Below are positions 10,366-21,549 of a stretch of DNA of 64,000 bases, one piece after another (within the stretch, counting starts at the first letter, position 1; each line of letters begins with the position of its first letter). Where the stretch lies: positions 32,001 through 96,000 of the IMG/VR virus record IMGVR_UViG_3300037245_001320, one strand, 5' to 3'. Origin of the DNA: a virus. Under the pieces are notes generated by a model. It saw only the letters and a program-made list of their open reading frames with translations. It was not told where the DNA came from and made no database searches. The translations under genes were made by a program, and so were the position numbers.

Positions 10366-12204
10366 ATGCAAATGCCAAGAGAAATAGAGGAGAGATTAAT
10401 AGAAGCAAAAGTAAAGTATTATGAAGGGACACCAATAATGGATGATGCTCCATTTGATTTACTAGAGGATGAGTTGAGATCTGTGGATCCCGATAATTCT
10501 TATTTTAGTTTAGTAGGATCGAGAGAACAAGGGGCGGATATTGTACATAAATATAGAATGAAGTCTATGGCAAAAGGGAAACAGCCAGAGGACGTAGAGA
10601 AATGGATGAAGAATATAGGAATAAAAGATCCCCAATTTAGTTTAGTCTTGCTTCCGAAAGTGGATGGAGTTTCTGCAACCTTAAGATACATTAAAGGAAA
10701 ATTAGTATATGTTGCCTCAAGAGGAGATGGAACAACGGGTAAGGATATAACCCACATAGCAAAGCATATGAAAGATATACCCCTTCAAATAGATTTCACC
10801 CAAGATGAAATTGAAATTAGAGGAGAATTATATTTAAGTAAATTTGGTAATCATGGTATAACAGGCCCATTAAGAAATAACTGTACAGGATTAATAAACA
10901 GGCAAACAGATACAAGCCAAACACATCATTTAAGATTTGTGGCTTATCAAGTTGTACTAGGTGGATTTAAGACTGTTAAGGAATACTTAACAACTCTATT
11001 AGATAATGGGTTTAATGTGGCAGACGCTTACTATGTAACAAGTATAATAGGAATATACAATACTTATTTAGATACATTAAGAGATAAGTGGGAGTATGAA
11101 ACCGACGGTTTAGTAGCGGTTGTTAATGATTTAGGCTCTTACAGAAGCATAAATGCTTTGTATAAAGATAATGACCATCACTGGTTCACGAATTTCGCTT
11201 TGAAACCTCCATCAGTAGGAGGAGAGACAACTTTAATTGATATTGAATGGCAGATGTCAAGACAAGGCTTAATGATACCTGTAGCTATTTTTGAAACAAT
11301 AACTATTGGTGGAGTAAACATACAAAGAGCGACTGCAAATAACTACCTTAATGTCTGTGATTTAGATTTGAAGAAAGGAGATATAATCATAATTGAAAGA
11401 GCTAACGATGTAATACCATTCCTAAAGTCAAATAATGGAGGAGGAGAAGGAAATCTTATACCAACAGTTTGTCCTCATTGTGGATCTCATTTAGAAGAGG
11501 TTGGAGTACATTTAGCTTGCTTAAATCATGAGTGTGAGGAACAAGTTATTCAGAGAATTATCTATTATGTTAGAGAGGCTGATATTGATAATGTAGCTGA
11601 AGGGATGTTAAGAGCAATCTACACAACAGGCTTACTAAAAACACCTGCTGACTTATATAGAATTACTAGAAACGATCTATTATATGTAGATGGACTAGGA
11701 AGTACAAAGATAACAACCTTTATTGAAGGAATTAAGAAAGATCGGGTAATAACACCTGTAGAACTTCTTGCTCGTTTAAACATTCCATTAGTTCGGGTAA
11801 AAGGATTGACTAAGTTAGGCATTGATACAATAGACACATTCCTAAGTTATGATGATAAAGGAACAGCAATTGGGAAAAATGTAGTTGAGTGGAAAGAGAA
11901 AGATTACAATATTGATCTCCTAAATGATTTAATAGCAACAGTTGAGATCATAGTAGAAGAAAAAGATGATAAAGTTGGATTAGAGTCTAAAGGCAAAGTC
12001 TGCGCTACAGGAAGTGCTCCAATGGGTAGAAAAGAACTACAGAAGATCATTGCTGAGAAAGGATACGAGTGGCATTCATCTGTGACAAAGGATCTTAACA
12101 TATTGTTAGTTGATGATGTTAATGGATCATCAAGTAAGATAGTTAAAGCAAGAAAGAATGGAACAACTATTATGTTGTATGAGGAGTTTTTAAATGATAT
12201 GTAA
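10366..12204 (+). CDS. ligA: NAD-dependent DNA ligase
   Basis: KVDG adenylation motif, SRGDG, EIRGE, RN...G, DGLV, RANDVIP, CPHC..C....C zinc finger, C-terminal BRCT (SVTK...SSK..KA). Confidence 0.95.
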   Translation: MQMPREIEERLIEAKVKYYEGTPIMDDAPFDLLEDELRSVDPDNSYFSLVGSREQGADIVHKYRMKSMAKGKQPEDVEKWMKNIGIKDPQFSLVLLPKVDGVSATLRYIKGKLVYVASRGDGTTGKDITHIAKHMKDIPLQIDFTQDEIEIRGELYLSKFGNHGITGPLRNNCTGLINRQTDTSQTHHLRFVAYQVVLGGFKTVKEYLTTLLDNGFNVADAYYVTSIIGIYNTYLDTLRDKWEYETDGLVAVVNDLGSYRSINALYKDNDHHWFTNFALKPPSVGGETTLIDIEWQMSRQGLMIPVAIFETITIGGVNIQRATANNYLNVCDLDLKKGDIIIIERANDVIPFLKSNNGGGEGNLIPTVCPHCGSHLEEVGVHLACLNHECEEQVIQRIIYYVREADIDNVAEGMLRAIYTTGLLKTPADLYRITRNDLLYVDGLGSTKITTFIEGIKKDRVITPVELLARLNIPLVRVKGLTKLGIDTIDTFLSYDDKGTAIGKNVVEWKEKDYNIDLLNDLIATVEIIVEEKDDKVGLESKGKVCATGSAPMGRKELQKIIAEKGYEWHSSVTKDLNILLVDDVNGSSSKIVKARKNGTTIMLYEEFLNDM

Positions 12205-12415
12205 AGGAGAGCTATATGAACACTGTAAAGGAAGCTTGTATCTTATATTAGAAGTGGCTAGAGATTCGTCAGAGTGTGCAAAAGAAATGGTTGTGTATAA
12301 ATCATTAACTAAATCTGATTATCCAGCAGGGACAATTTGGACAAGACCTTTAGAGGAATTTATAGATATGCATAAATCAGGTGTTAAAAGATTTGTATTT
12401 AAAGGAGTTGTTTAA
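12194..12415 (+). CDS. DUF1653-like protein
   Basis: YEHCKG.LY..A.DS...MVVY...WTRPLEEF...RF. Confidence 0.75.
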   Translation: MICKGELYEHCKGSLYLILEVARDSSECAKEMVVYKSLTKSDYPAGTIWTRPLEEFIDMHKSGVKRFVFKGVV

Positions 12416-13801
12416 TGGGATTTTATATTTTATGTATAATTTTAGGGTTACTACTAATATCTTTAGGGTTATGTTTAGTAATTAAGTTTACCCACAAAAC
12501 AGTATATGAGACACTAGGAGGTATAGCATTGTTTGTAGGATTTATAGTGTTTTCAGTAAGTTTATCCTTTATGACAGATTATGTAGAAGACGTTGTACCA
12601 GACTTTAAAGTATTAGAGGCAGAGTACAAGTATAATAAAGTACTAGATGAACAAGGTGTTTTGCAAGTTGTAGCAGAGCATATAGAGGAGGAATAGATGG
12701 GATGTTTTGATACAGTAACAGCTAAATGTAAATGTGGTGGAAGAGTAGAATGGCAATCTAAAGCAGGAGAATGTAATCTGGATGTATTTTCAGTTCATCA
12801 AGTTCCTTTGGCTATAGCAGCGGATTTAATAGAAGATACTGCCCAATGTGATTTGTGTGAAAGGGAATATCGATTAAATCTATTATTTGATATACAAAAT
12901 GTCCCAATGAATATGACAGAGGTAGGAGATAGTAGACAATGAATAACAACCTACCAGATAGATTAGATGTAGGACAGGTAAAGCATATTATGAGACTTCT
13001 ACAAATCGGTTTAAATAATACATATGATAAGAGGAACTTCAGTTTAACAGCAATAAACCCTCAGGATATAGTAGACTTAATTAAAGGAGATAAATAATGG
13101 AAATATTTAAAAGCAGATATACCCCAAATTTAAAGAATGGTAAAGATGTCGGATTTAGTATAGGAGATATGATTCTGTATAAACCAGCAGGACAATCGCC
13201 TGTGAGAGCAAAAATTGTGTCAGATAGAAGAAGTCATAAGAGTGTGGATAAGCTAGGTTATGATGCTATATTTGCAGATGATGGTAATCAGTGGTTTGCC
13301 GTAGAGGAGCAGATAATTGATTGGGAAGGGAAGGTTAAATAATGGGACCAACTGAATTAGATAAGATAGATAAGTATAATGAGTATGTAGACAATATCAA
13401 GTTTCTAGAAACAGAGGAAAAAGACAAACCAGAATCAAGAAACTTAAGAGAAGCACTAAACATTGTACATAAGAAACCGAAGTGGTTGAAAGATAGGAGA
13501 TAAATGAAAATTTTAAAAGTAAAAGATTTAAAGAGAGCAAGGAAGCACTCAATAAAAGTATTAAGAGAAGAGAAGCTAGATCGGACAGAACCATTTAAAG
13601 AGCTGCTAGAGAAAGCAACAGATTTATATGTTAAAGGATTTCCGAGGATGGAATATGAATTAAAGAAATCATTGGTTGAGAAGCATATGCGATTCTGGTT
13701 ATATCATCCTGTCTGGAATCAATGTATAGGGAGTGTAATAGATAAACCTCATAATAAGTCAAATGTTATGGTGAGTGTTTATTTTAGGAATTAAAGTAGA
13801 A

Positions 13802-13863
13802 AATGTAAACTATAGTTATCAAAATGATGTGAAAGTCTGTAAATGATAACTATAGTTTACATT
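13802..13863. repeat. Perfect 20-bp inverted repeat with a 22-bp spacer
   Basis: AATGTAAACTATAGTTATCA (13802-13821) / TGATAACTATAGTTTACATT (13844-13863). Confidence 0.9.
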
Positions 13864-15735
13864 ATAAAAGGAGAAGAAATGAAAGAATGGCAAGATGTAA
13901 CAATAGACACCCTATCAGAGTGTCTAAGTATAAATACTGTAATAGAGGCACAGTACTTGAGAACAAGAAATAACACTGTTAAAGGTTATTGGGTACCTTC
14001 AGGATATGGGGTAAAAGCAATGGTAGGATATATCAGAGATAATACAAAAAGATTTAGATTTAGAATAATAGAAGAAACACAACCAAAACCTCCAATAGGA
14101 TTAAGACCACAAAATATTGTACAGGAATTAAGATATAAGGAAATAACAGAAGCTATATTTAGATATACTCAAGCAGGGAAATGTATTCCTGTTGAATGGA
14201 CAAAAGAGCATAAAGAACTAGTAAAAACTCTTGGAAAAGAAAACAGTATTAACACAACAGAAGAGAGAAGTAAATCTTTATTATTTCTATTAAATGTAGG
14301 AGTAGGTACGCCACAAGGAATAAATCTTAGTAAATCCCAGTGTGAAGGTGGTTCTGAAGTTATTAGACAGTTATTAGCAGATAGACAGTGTAAAGGAGAC
14401 AAAATGAAAAGTATATGGGTATATGATGATTTATGGGAAGAAGGATATAGATTCGATGACATCCTAAATAATAGGCATGTTATGATTGCAAGAGAGTTTG
14501 CTAAAGATGAATATGAGGCAATTTCGTATTTAGGCACAGAATATAAAAGTATCAAGAAGAACAAAGGAACAGGAATATGCATACGCAACTCAGTATATTC
14601 TAATGCCTTATTCTTATTTATATAAAAGGAGATTAAATGAAAGCAGTAATATTAATAGATAAAGACTCACCAGAGGATATAACAGCTATGGTAGAAGATA
14701 ATGGATTCTCAAGTTACCTAGAAGGCTATGGGAACAATATAGAGGAAGCTAAATATGAATTAAAGCATGTTATAGCAAATAGAATCAAGCTTCTACGAGA
14801 AATAGATGTAGATCAGGCAGAGGTCAGGGAGGTTTAGATGAAAGTAGGGGCATTAACAGTAGATATAAAGATAGGAGAGAATCCATTAGAGTTTGCTACA
14901 AAACTTATAGAGTTATTATGTGAATCAGGTGTAGCAAGAGAGATTGTAGAGGATGTAGAGCATTTGATTGCAGAGAGCTTAGTTTCAGAGGTTAATAATA
15001 CAGATAGAAGGAAGTTGTTTAATTTGGTTAAGAATAAGGAAGTAGAAAAACAACTAGTAGGGCAAAACTCTGAGGCTCATTATGAATTTGTTATAGATAT
15101 TGGAAAAGATAAGATGGCTTGTATTCAGATGACAGAATCAGCTTATAATAAATTGATGGAAAAAGGAGAATAAAGAATGCATAAAGTAATATATAAAAGA
15201 GAATTTAGTTTTGGATTAGCATATGGAGATAGTGAGAAAAACATAATAGAACCTGAGATAACAGTCCAATTACACATAACATGCAGGGATGGAATATGGT
15301 TTAGTGTAAATGTACCCAATAAATCATTCTGTGGTAGAAATATATTCAAACTATTTATAAACGCTTTAGAGAGCCAAACAGTAGGAATGATTAAGTATGA
15401 TAGGTTAAAAGAAGATTGTAGAAGTAAAGGTTTATGGAATAAATTAGGATAGGAGAAATAAAATGACACCAGAAAAGTTTGCAAAAGACTTATTAGATAA
15501 CGCAGAGAAAGATTATGGGATGTGTTCTCCACCTTTAGAGGCTAAGAAAGCATTAAAGATATTGCAAGATCATTTCTTAGGAGAGGATTGGTATGTAACA
15601 ATGCCTATTAGTGGAGAACAAGTAAATTCAGAAGCTGTGTATGCTATATTAGAGCAGTATCCTAGAAGAGTAGAAGGATTTAGGAATAAAGTTAAGGCAA
15701 TGGTTAAGGCGATAAAAGATGCAATCATTTAAGGA

Positions 15736-16296
15736 ATGTACATGAAAATAACAGCTAAACTAATAAAACTCATCCTTATGTTGAAATACAGATTCAAGGA
15801 TGGGTTTATGGTAACTTCTGAGTGTACCGGTCATGGAGGAGGAATAGCAGATTTAATTCTCTATGACTTGAAGAAAGACTCCATGGTAGAGATTGAAATA
15901 AAGATATCGAAGCAGGATTTAAAGAAAGACATATTAAAGCAGAAACACAAGATCTACAGGAATAAGGAGAACATCGAGATACAGCAATTCTATTATGCAG
16001 TCCCTAGTAAATTGGTTGAGTACTGTAAAGCTTATCTTATTGAGCATGATTTGGAATACGGGATTATTGAGATTGTAACAGAGAAGGTAGAGGGTTTTGA
16101 TTTTAAAGAGTTTTCTGATTGTGCTGAGTTGGTGTGTGTAGTCAAGAGATGTAAAAGGTTTAATAAGAATAAACCCTATGAAAGTCAGAAACACACATTC
16201 TTTAAGCGAATATCTTCAGAGTTGGTATTAAGGGAGAAGGAGTTGTTTTTGGTTAGGGAAGAGTTAAAAATAGTAAAGGATAAGGAGAGAGGTTAA
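15736..16296 (+). CDS. MmcB-like PD-(D/E)xK nuclease-fold protein
   Basis: IADL...EIEIKISKQDLKKD..K.KH...FYYAVP...YGII. Confidence 0.65.
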   Translation: MYMKITAKLIKLILMLKYRFKDGFMVTSECTGHGGGIADLILYDLKKDSMVEIEIKISKQDLKKDILKQKHKIYRNKENIEIQQFYYAVPSKLVEYCKAYLIEHDLEYGIIEIVTEKVEGFDFKEFSDCAELVCVVKRCKRFNKNKPYESQKHTFFKRISSELVLREKELFLVREELKIVKDKERG

Positions 16297-16971
16297 ATGG
16301 GAATGGATATTAGTTGTATAGGTGGAATAGGGTTTGAAATTAGTGAATTGTTGGCAATGTATGATGATCACAAGCTAACTAAAGATTACTATAATGAAGA
16401 GGATGAGGACTTAGACAAGTATGAATTAATAGATGAGTTTTTTAGTGATAATGAGTATATAGATCTCCAATGTTTACACTCTTATGATGACACAGAATAT
16501 TATGTATTTGCAGAAGACCCAATAAAGGGCGTGCAAGCTTTTATTGATGAGTTAGTTAAATTAGGTTTTGAAGATTTAAACATAGATGACTTAGATTTTT
16601 ATAGTGAGGCTCAGGTTTGGTAGAGAAGGAGTATAAATGATTAAGAAAATAGTAATAGCACAGAGAGAAAGAACAGTAGTAGAGTTTGAAAAAGACATAT
16701 TTATAAGTACGTTTAACAAACTAGCAGGGCTAAAAGTATTAGTTACACTATCAGATAAAACAGAGGACTTTAAAGGAGACAATGGGAAACTAGACTTAGA
16801 CAAAGATTATGACATGAAAGACCAAACTATTAAGTCTATTGATCCAGAGATTATACTAGAGTTTAACGATCCTAAAAGCATTAGAAATATGATAGAGATA
16901 TTAAAAGATGCAGAAGAATTATTGAAATACAAATTACCTAAAACAAGGGATAGGGGTTAGAAGGAGAATAA

Positions 16972-17709
16972 ATGAATAAGTTTTTAAGATTAATAGGAGC
17001 AACAAGAGTTGAGAAAGAGTGTATAGAGTTTAAATGGGGGTATATAGCAAAAGGATTAAGCTTCCAATTAAAGCTACATAGAGGAGGATATTTCGATTCG
17101 AGGTATGCTGTCTCAATAGGGCTTATATTTGGTTATATTCACATATATCTGCCGTTTAAAACAAAGTTAGGGGAAGGATGCACACTGCCTCAATATGGTA
17201 TAGCAATTCATAATAATACTTTCTGGATATATCTAGGAGGTAAGTTTGATGAGTCATGGGGACAAGTTACTCAAGAGAAATGGATTACTTGGAATCTGCC
17301 TTGGTTTACATGGGAGTTTGATAATCATTGGATTATGAATAAAGAAGGGAAATATCAAATTCCTCAGAAAGTAGAAACACCAATGAAAGATGGAACTACT
17401 CGCTTAGAACAAGACTATGAGTATAAATTTGCCTTGAAGGAAACTGTACCATATAAGTATACTTTAAGAAGTGGAGAGATCCAAGAAATAACAGCTACCA
17501 TTTTCCAAGAGAAAAGGCAATGGCATAGGAAATGGTTTCCTTTTATTAAAATGGTAAAGGTCGATATAGATGTTGCCTTTAGTGATGAAGTTGGAGAGAG
17601 GGCAGGATCTTGGAAAGGTGGAGTTGTAGGAACAAGCTATAAGATGTTGAAAGGTGAGACACCATTAGAGACTTTGAGAAGAATGGAGTCTGAGAGGGTG
17701 TTTAAATAA
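16972..17709 (+). CDS. Hypothetical phage protein
   Basis: 245 aa ORF with RBS; no family recognised. Confidence 0.6.
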   Translation: MNKFLRLIGATRVEKECIEFKWGYIAKGLSFQLKLHRGGYFDSRYAVSIGLIFGYIHIYLPFKTKLGEGCTLPQYGIAIHNNTFWIYLGGKFDESWGQVTQEKWITWNLPWFTWEFDNHWIMNKEGKYQIPQKVETPMKDGTTRLEQDYEYKFALKETVPYKYTLRSGEIQEITATIFQEKRQWHRKWFPFIKMVKVDIDVAFSDEVGERAGSWKGGVVGTSYKMLKGETPLETLRRMESERVFK

Positions 17710-17734
17710 AGTAGCACTTTCTGTTTTGGGTAGA

Positions 17735-17774
17735 GGGCTGAAAGTATAGATAAATAGACTTTCAGCTCTTTTAT
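17735..17774 (+). terminator. Rho-independent terminator closing the accessory gene run
   Basis: AGGGCTGAAAGT...ACTTTCAGCTCT followed by TTTT. Confidence 0.7.
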
Positions 17775-17970
17775 TTAGGGATTATAGGTATAAACAGACA
17801 AAGATCTATAATTAGGTACAACTTGCATGATAAAGAGTGTAAAAGTATAGAAATACCTATAAAGTAAGTATGCGTTGAGATATAATGGTATCAGGTAGGG
17901 CAATGCGGAAAATGGTACATAAGTATATAGAAAATATATAAGAAATACAAGGAAATATGAGGAAACACTA

Positions 17971-17994
17971 AAAAAATTCCCACTATGCTATAAT
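17971..17994 (+). promoter_or_regulatory. Conserved 24-bp phage promoter, copy 2 (terS-terL)
   Basis: AAAAAATTCCCACTATGCTATAAT. Confidence 0.85.
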
Positions 17995-18116
17995 AAAGAT
18001 ATAGGAAAGTAAAGGAAAATTGCTGAGAGTCAATACAAAGCACCTAGAGAGAAAGATAGGGAAATTGGCTAAAATAACTCAGAATTTATCCCCTAAAGAT
18101 TATAGGAGAAATAGTA

Positions 18117-18752
18117 GTGTGGATTAATAAAGAAGAAATACTAAAGGAAGTGGAAGAGGAAGATTGCTGGAAAGATCTTTCTGCTAAAGAAAAGAAGATG
18201 TTTTTGGCATACTGTGTAAATGGCTTAGATTATGTAAAAGCATATAAAGATGTTTATATGGATACAGAGTCAAGTAGGGTTGTAAAGTTCCCAGGGGACA
18301 AAGCAGCAATAATTGTAGCAAAAGACTCGTTTCAAGAGTGCTTTGAAATTTACGGGGAAGCATTACAAGAAGCAGCATCAACAAAAACTAATGCTCATTT
18401 ATATAATCAATATGTAATTATGGCAACAGCAAACCTCCTGGATTATGTTGACGAGATAGGACAATTTAAGTTTAAAAGTATTCAAGAAGCTAAAGATATC
18501 CTTGGAGAAAAAGCATTAGCCATAGTGGGGTTTCAAGTTAGTGTTCACCCGAAAGACCCAAAAAAGACGATGACTGTTCCAGTATTAGCAGATAAAATGA
18601 AAGCTATGAAAGAACTAGCCAAGTTCTCTAAATTATTTGGAGAAGCAGAGTCAGGTGGAAAAGGTCTTGGTACTATTAGTATTGATCTAGGTAATGCTGT
18701 ATTTAATAAAGAAGAAGAGGATAGAAAGAGAAAGGAGTTAGGAGTTGTCTAG
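18117..18752 (+). CDS. terS: Terminase small subunit
   Basis: LSAKEKKMFLAYC...AYKDVY N-terminal HTH-like segment and LADKMKAMKELAK motif; overlaps the start of terL. Confidence 0.7.
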   Translation: MWINKEEILKEVEEEDCWKDLSAKEKKMFLAYCVNGLDYVKAYKDVYMDTESSRVVKFPGDKAAIIVAKDSFQECFEIYGEALQEAASTKTNAHLYNQYVIMATANLLDYVDEIGQFKFKSIQEAKDILGEKALAIVGFQVSVHPKDPKKTMTVPVLADKMKAMKELAKFSKLFGEAESGGKGLGTISIDLGNAVFNKEEEDRKRKELGVV

Positions 18753-21488
18753 AAGAAAGAAACGAGATAAAGCAACTAATACAAAACTTGACTTTAATCT
18801 ATATCCAAAACAGAAGTTGGCTATGGATGGCGGGGCCAACGAGATATTATACGGAGGAGCAGCAGGGGGTAAATAATACTGCTCCCTTTAAATCTCTCTT
18901 TAACGGGGAAACTCTTAACAGGTAAAGCTGAAGACAATCCCGTGGGAAGACACTTGAATGAGTGTAACCTGTAACGACTAGAGCATTGTGCTCGTACATC
19001 ACAAGCGATTGGTGATGGAAATGGGAGACAGAGTAAAATCTGAAGAGATAGTCTGATCTCATAGGAAACTATGAGCAGTTCATTTGAGAACGTGATCAAG
19101 GGTAGCGACTTGGTTAGAACATTATTGGGTAAATCACATTTATTGAGAATATCAGCTATAACATATTGTTTATCTTCCCCAGGTGTCCAAGTATATCTAT
19201 TTAGAAAGCAATTGACAGATTTGATTAAAGGTCATTTAAGTTCTGAGTCAGGGTTTCCTAGTTTATTATCTGGACTAGTAGATGCTAAATTATGTAAGAT
19301 AGATATGTCGAGATACAAAATAACCTTTAAAAATGGTTCAGGGGGGAATAGCTGGGCGGGTGGCTCAACTATCCACCTCAGTCACCTTTCTAAAGGAAAA
19401 AATTCATTAAATAATTATCAAGGTGCGGAGATACATGTGCTAATGTTAGATGAGGCAACTCACTTTTTAGCATCTAGTTACAAGTATTTAAGAACAAGGG
19501 TAAGGCTTGGTGGATGGAATCCTCCAGCAGAAGGTCCTTATAGTGGGGACTACTACCCCCGAATTTTAGCTTGCTCGAATCCTGGCGGCTTAAGTCATTC
19601 ATTTTGGAAGAACGAATTTGTGGATAGATTGGAAGATTATGTACCAGAGTTAATGCCTCCTGAACAAGGTGGTATGAGACGAATGTATATTTCTGCGAAA
19701 ATAACGGATAATGCTATCCTCATGAAAAACGATCCTACATATGTCTCAAGACTACTAGCCAGTGGAGAGAAATCTTATGTGGAAGCTTTATTACATGGTA
19801 AATTATTGCCCTTTATAATAGTGATATTATAATTAGCACAACTTTAATTGCTGGAAACTCTTGTTAGGTTTCAGGTACAAAGAGAAACAAATGTTTCTCT
19901 CGTGACAATCCTGAAAATAAAGACAATCAGCAGCGAAGACAGAAGGGAACTTCTGTAACGTTCATCGACTATCCCGTGAGGGAGTAGAGAGGTAGTCCTC
20001 TCGAAACAGGTTGCAACTCAAAAGAGTTGAAGATATAGTCAATTCTTGCAGGAGACTGTAAGCAGTTCATAAGAGAACGTAATTAGATTAACGATCTGGT
20101 TAGAATATAAAAGAATTGGAATATTTCCATGGGAGGAATCCTACAAGATGACTTCTCCTTTGATATACACATTTTGGATGATTTTGAAATACCAAAGAAT
20201 TGGGATGTGTACAGATGTTTTGACTGGGGTAAAAACTTGCTCCCCTTGACAGTAATGTTAAGTGTAAAACAACTTTAATTGCTGGAAACTCTCGCTAGGT
20301 TTCAGGTACTCACAGAACTTTGTTCTGAAGTAAAAATCCTGAAAATAGAGACAATCAGCAGCCAAGACAAGCATAAGCTTGTAAGGTTCAACGACTAGAG
20401 CATAAGCTCGTAGGGAGGTAGTCCTTCCGAAACAGGTTGCCCACAGAAATGTGGTGAAGATATAGTCTATTCTATATGGAGACATATAGCAGTTCAGTAA
20501 TGAGAACGTATTCAGATTAACGCCCTGAGTAGAATATGCAAGGCAGCAAAACCCTTCGGTTGTATTTGGTTTGCAGAATCAAACGGAGAAGCAGTAGAAT
20601 TAGCAGACAAATCAGTAGTTACTTTTCCTGTAGGAACAGCTATAGCAATGAGAGAATTGTATGGTTGTAAAGAAGGGGAGTATGATGTCGGAGTTAATAT
20701 CACAGATAAGCAAATAGGAGAAAGAATTAAAGAAACAGAAGAGGTTTTCTTAAAAGGTTATAATATTAAAGCCGGTCCTGGGGACGGTAGTTGCTGGGGA
20801 AAAGCGAACAAAGAATTTTCAATTATTGATGATATTAACCATGGTTATTATGGAAGAAGAATATCAGATAATGAAAGACTATTCAAAAGGTTTCTAAAAC
20901 CCAAACATTCAAGAGTCGAGGGGTTTAGTTTAATTAGAACTAGATTAAGAAACTCATTACCATTTGCAGAAGGAAAGATGGAAGAGCAAGGATTATTCTT
21001 TTTAAGGGGATGTAAACATATGATAAGGACAATTCCTACACTTCCTCGAAGCGACTCGAATCCCGACGATTCTTCCCCTCATGCAGAAGACCATTTAGCA
21101 GATAAACAACTATTGTCTGCCTAGCCTGTGAAGGTTAGTAAACAACTTTGTTAATTGCTGGAAACTCTTGTTAAGTTATAGGTACTCGTTAATTCAGTAA
21201 AAATCCTATAAATAGAGACAATCAGCAGCCAAGCCTGAAAAGGAAAGGTTCAACGATCATCGAAAGGGACAAAATAACTTGTCACTGAGTAGAGTACATC
21301 CAAGTGGATGGAAACGCAAAGCTCTCAGAAATGAGATGAAGATATGATCTAGCCTATATTGAGAAATATAGAAGTTCCTACGAGAACTGCAATAAAAGTA
21401 ACGAATTATTGTGAATACAGCGGTGTTAAGATATTACCTACTAAAGAAAGTTTCTAAAGTGGGTCAAGCTAGGGTGACATTATTTTGA
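18745..21488 (+). CDS. terL: Terminase large subunit in 5 exons: 18745-18870, 19128-19799, 20114-20230, 20543-21103, 21423-21488 (513 aa)
   Basis: Joining the exons restores Walker A YGGAAGG|GKS, Walker B MLDEATH, SNPGG, LLHG|NWN, FDWG|AAKPF and EDHLAD|VLRY; all exon lengths are multiples of 3. Confidence 0.92.
18871..19127 (+). ncRNA. Group I intron 1 in terL (257 nt, ORF-less)
   Basis: 5' exon ends in U, intron ends in G; IGS GCUCCCU pairs with exon AGGGGGU (U.G at splice site); P7 GACUA/UAGUC. Confidence 0.9.
19800..20113 (+). ncRNA. Group I intron 2 in terL (314 nt, ORF-less)
   Basis: U|...G| boundaries; AAUUGCUGGAAA, AAUCAGCAG, CGACUA and GAAGAUAUAGUC core elements. Confidence 0.9.
20231..20542 (+). 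ncRNA. Group I intron 3 in terL (312 nt, ORF-less)
   Basis: IGS GCUCC pairs with GGGGU; same P/Q/R/S elements; close in sequence to intron 2. Confidence 0.9.
21104..21422 (+). ncRNA. Group I intron 4 in terL (319 nt, ORF-less)
   Basis: IGS GUCUGC pairs with exon GCAGAU; P7 variant GAUCA/UGAUC is a compensatory change. Confidence 0.9.
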
Positions 21489-21519
21489 TAGTACAGACAA
21501 AAACTTAAGTCAAGTGCTA

Positions 21520-21543
21520 AAAAAATTCCCACTATGGTATAAT
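21520..21543 (+). promoter_or_regulatory. Conserved 24-bp phage promoter, copy 3
   Basis: AAAAAATTCCCACTATGGTATAAT. Confidence 0.85.
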
Positions 21544-21549
21544 GTATAT

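Noticed and set aside
19071-19832. ORFs 19071..19832 and 20648..21124 as separate genes or terL pseudogene fragments
   Set aside because: They are exons 2 and 4 running into intron sequence; splicing restores one frame with all motifs
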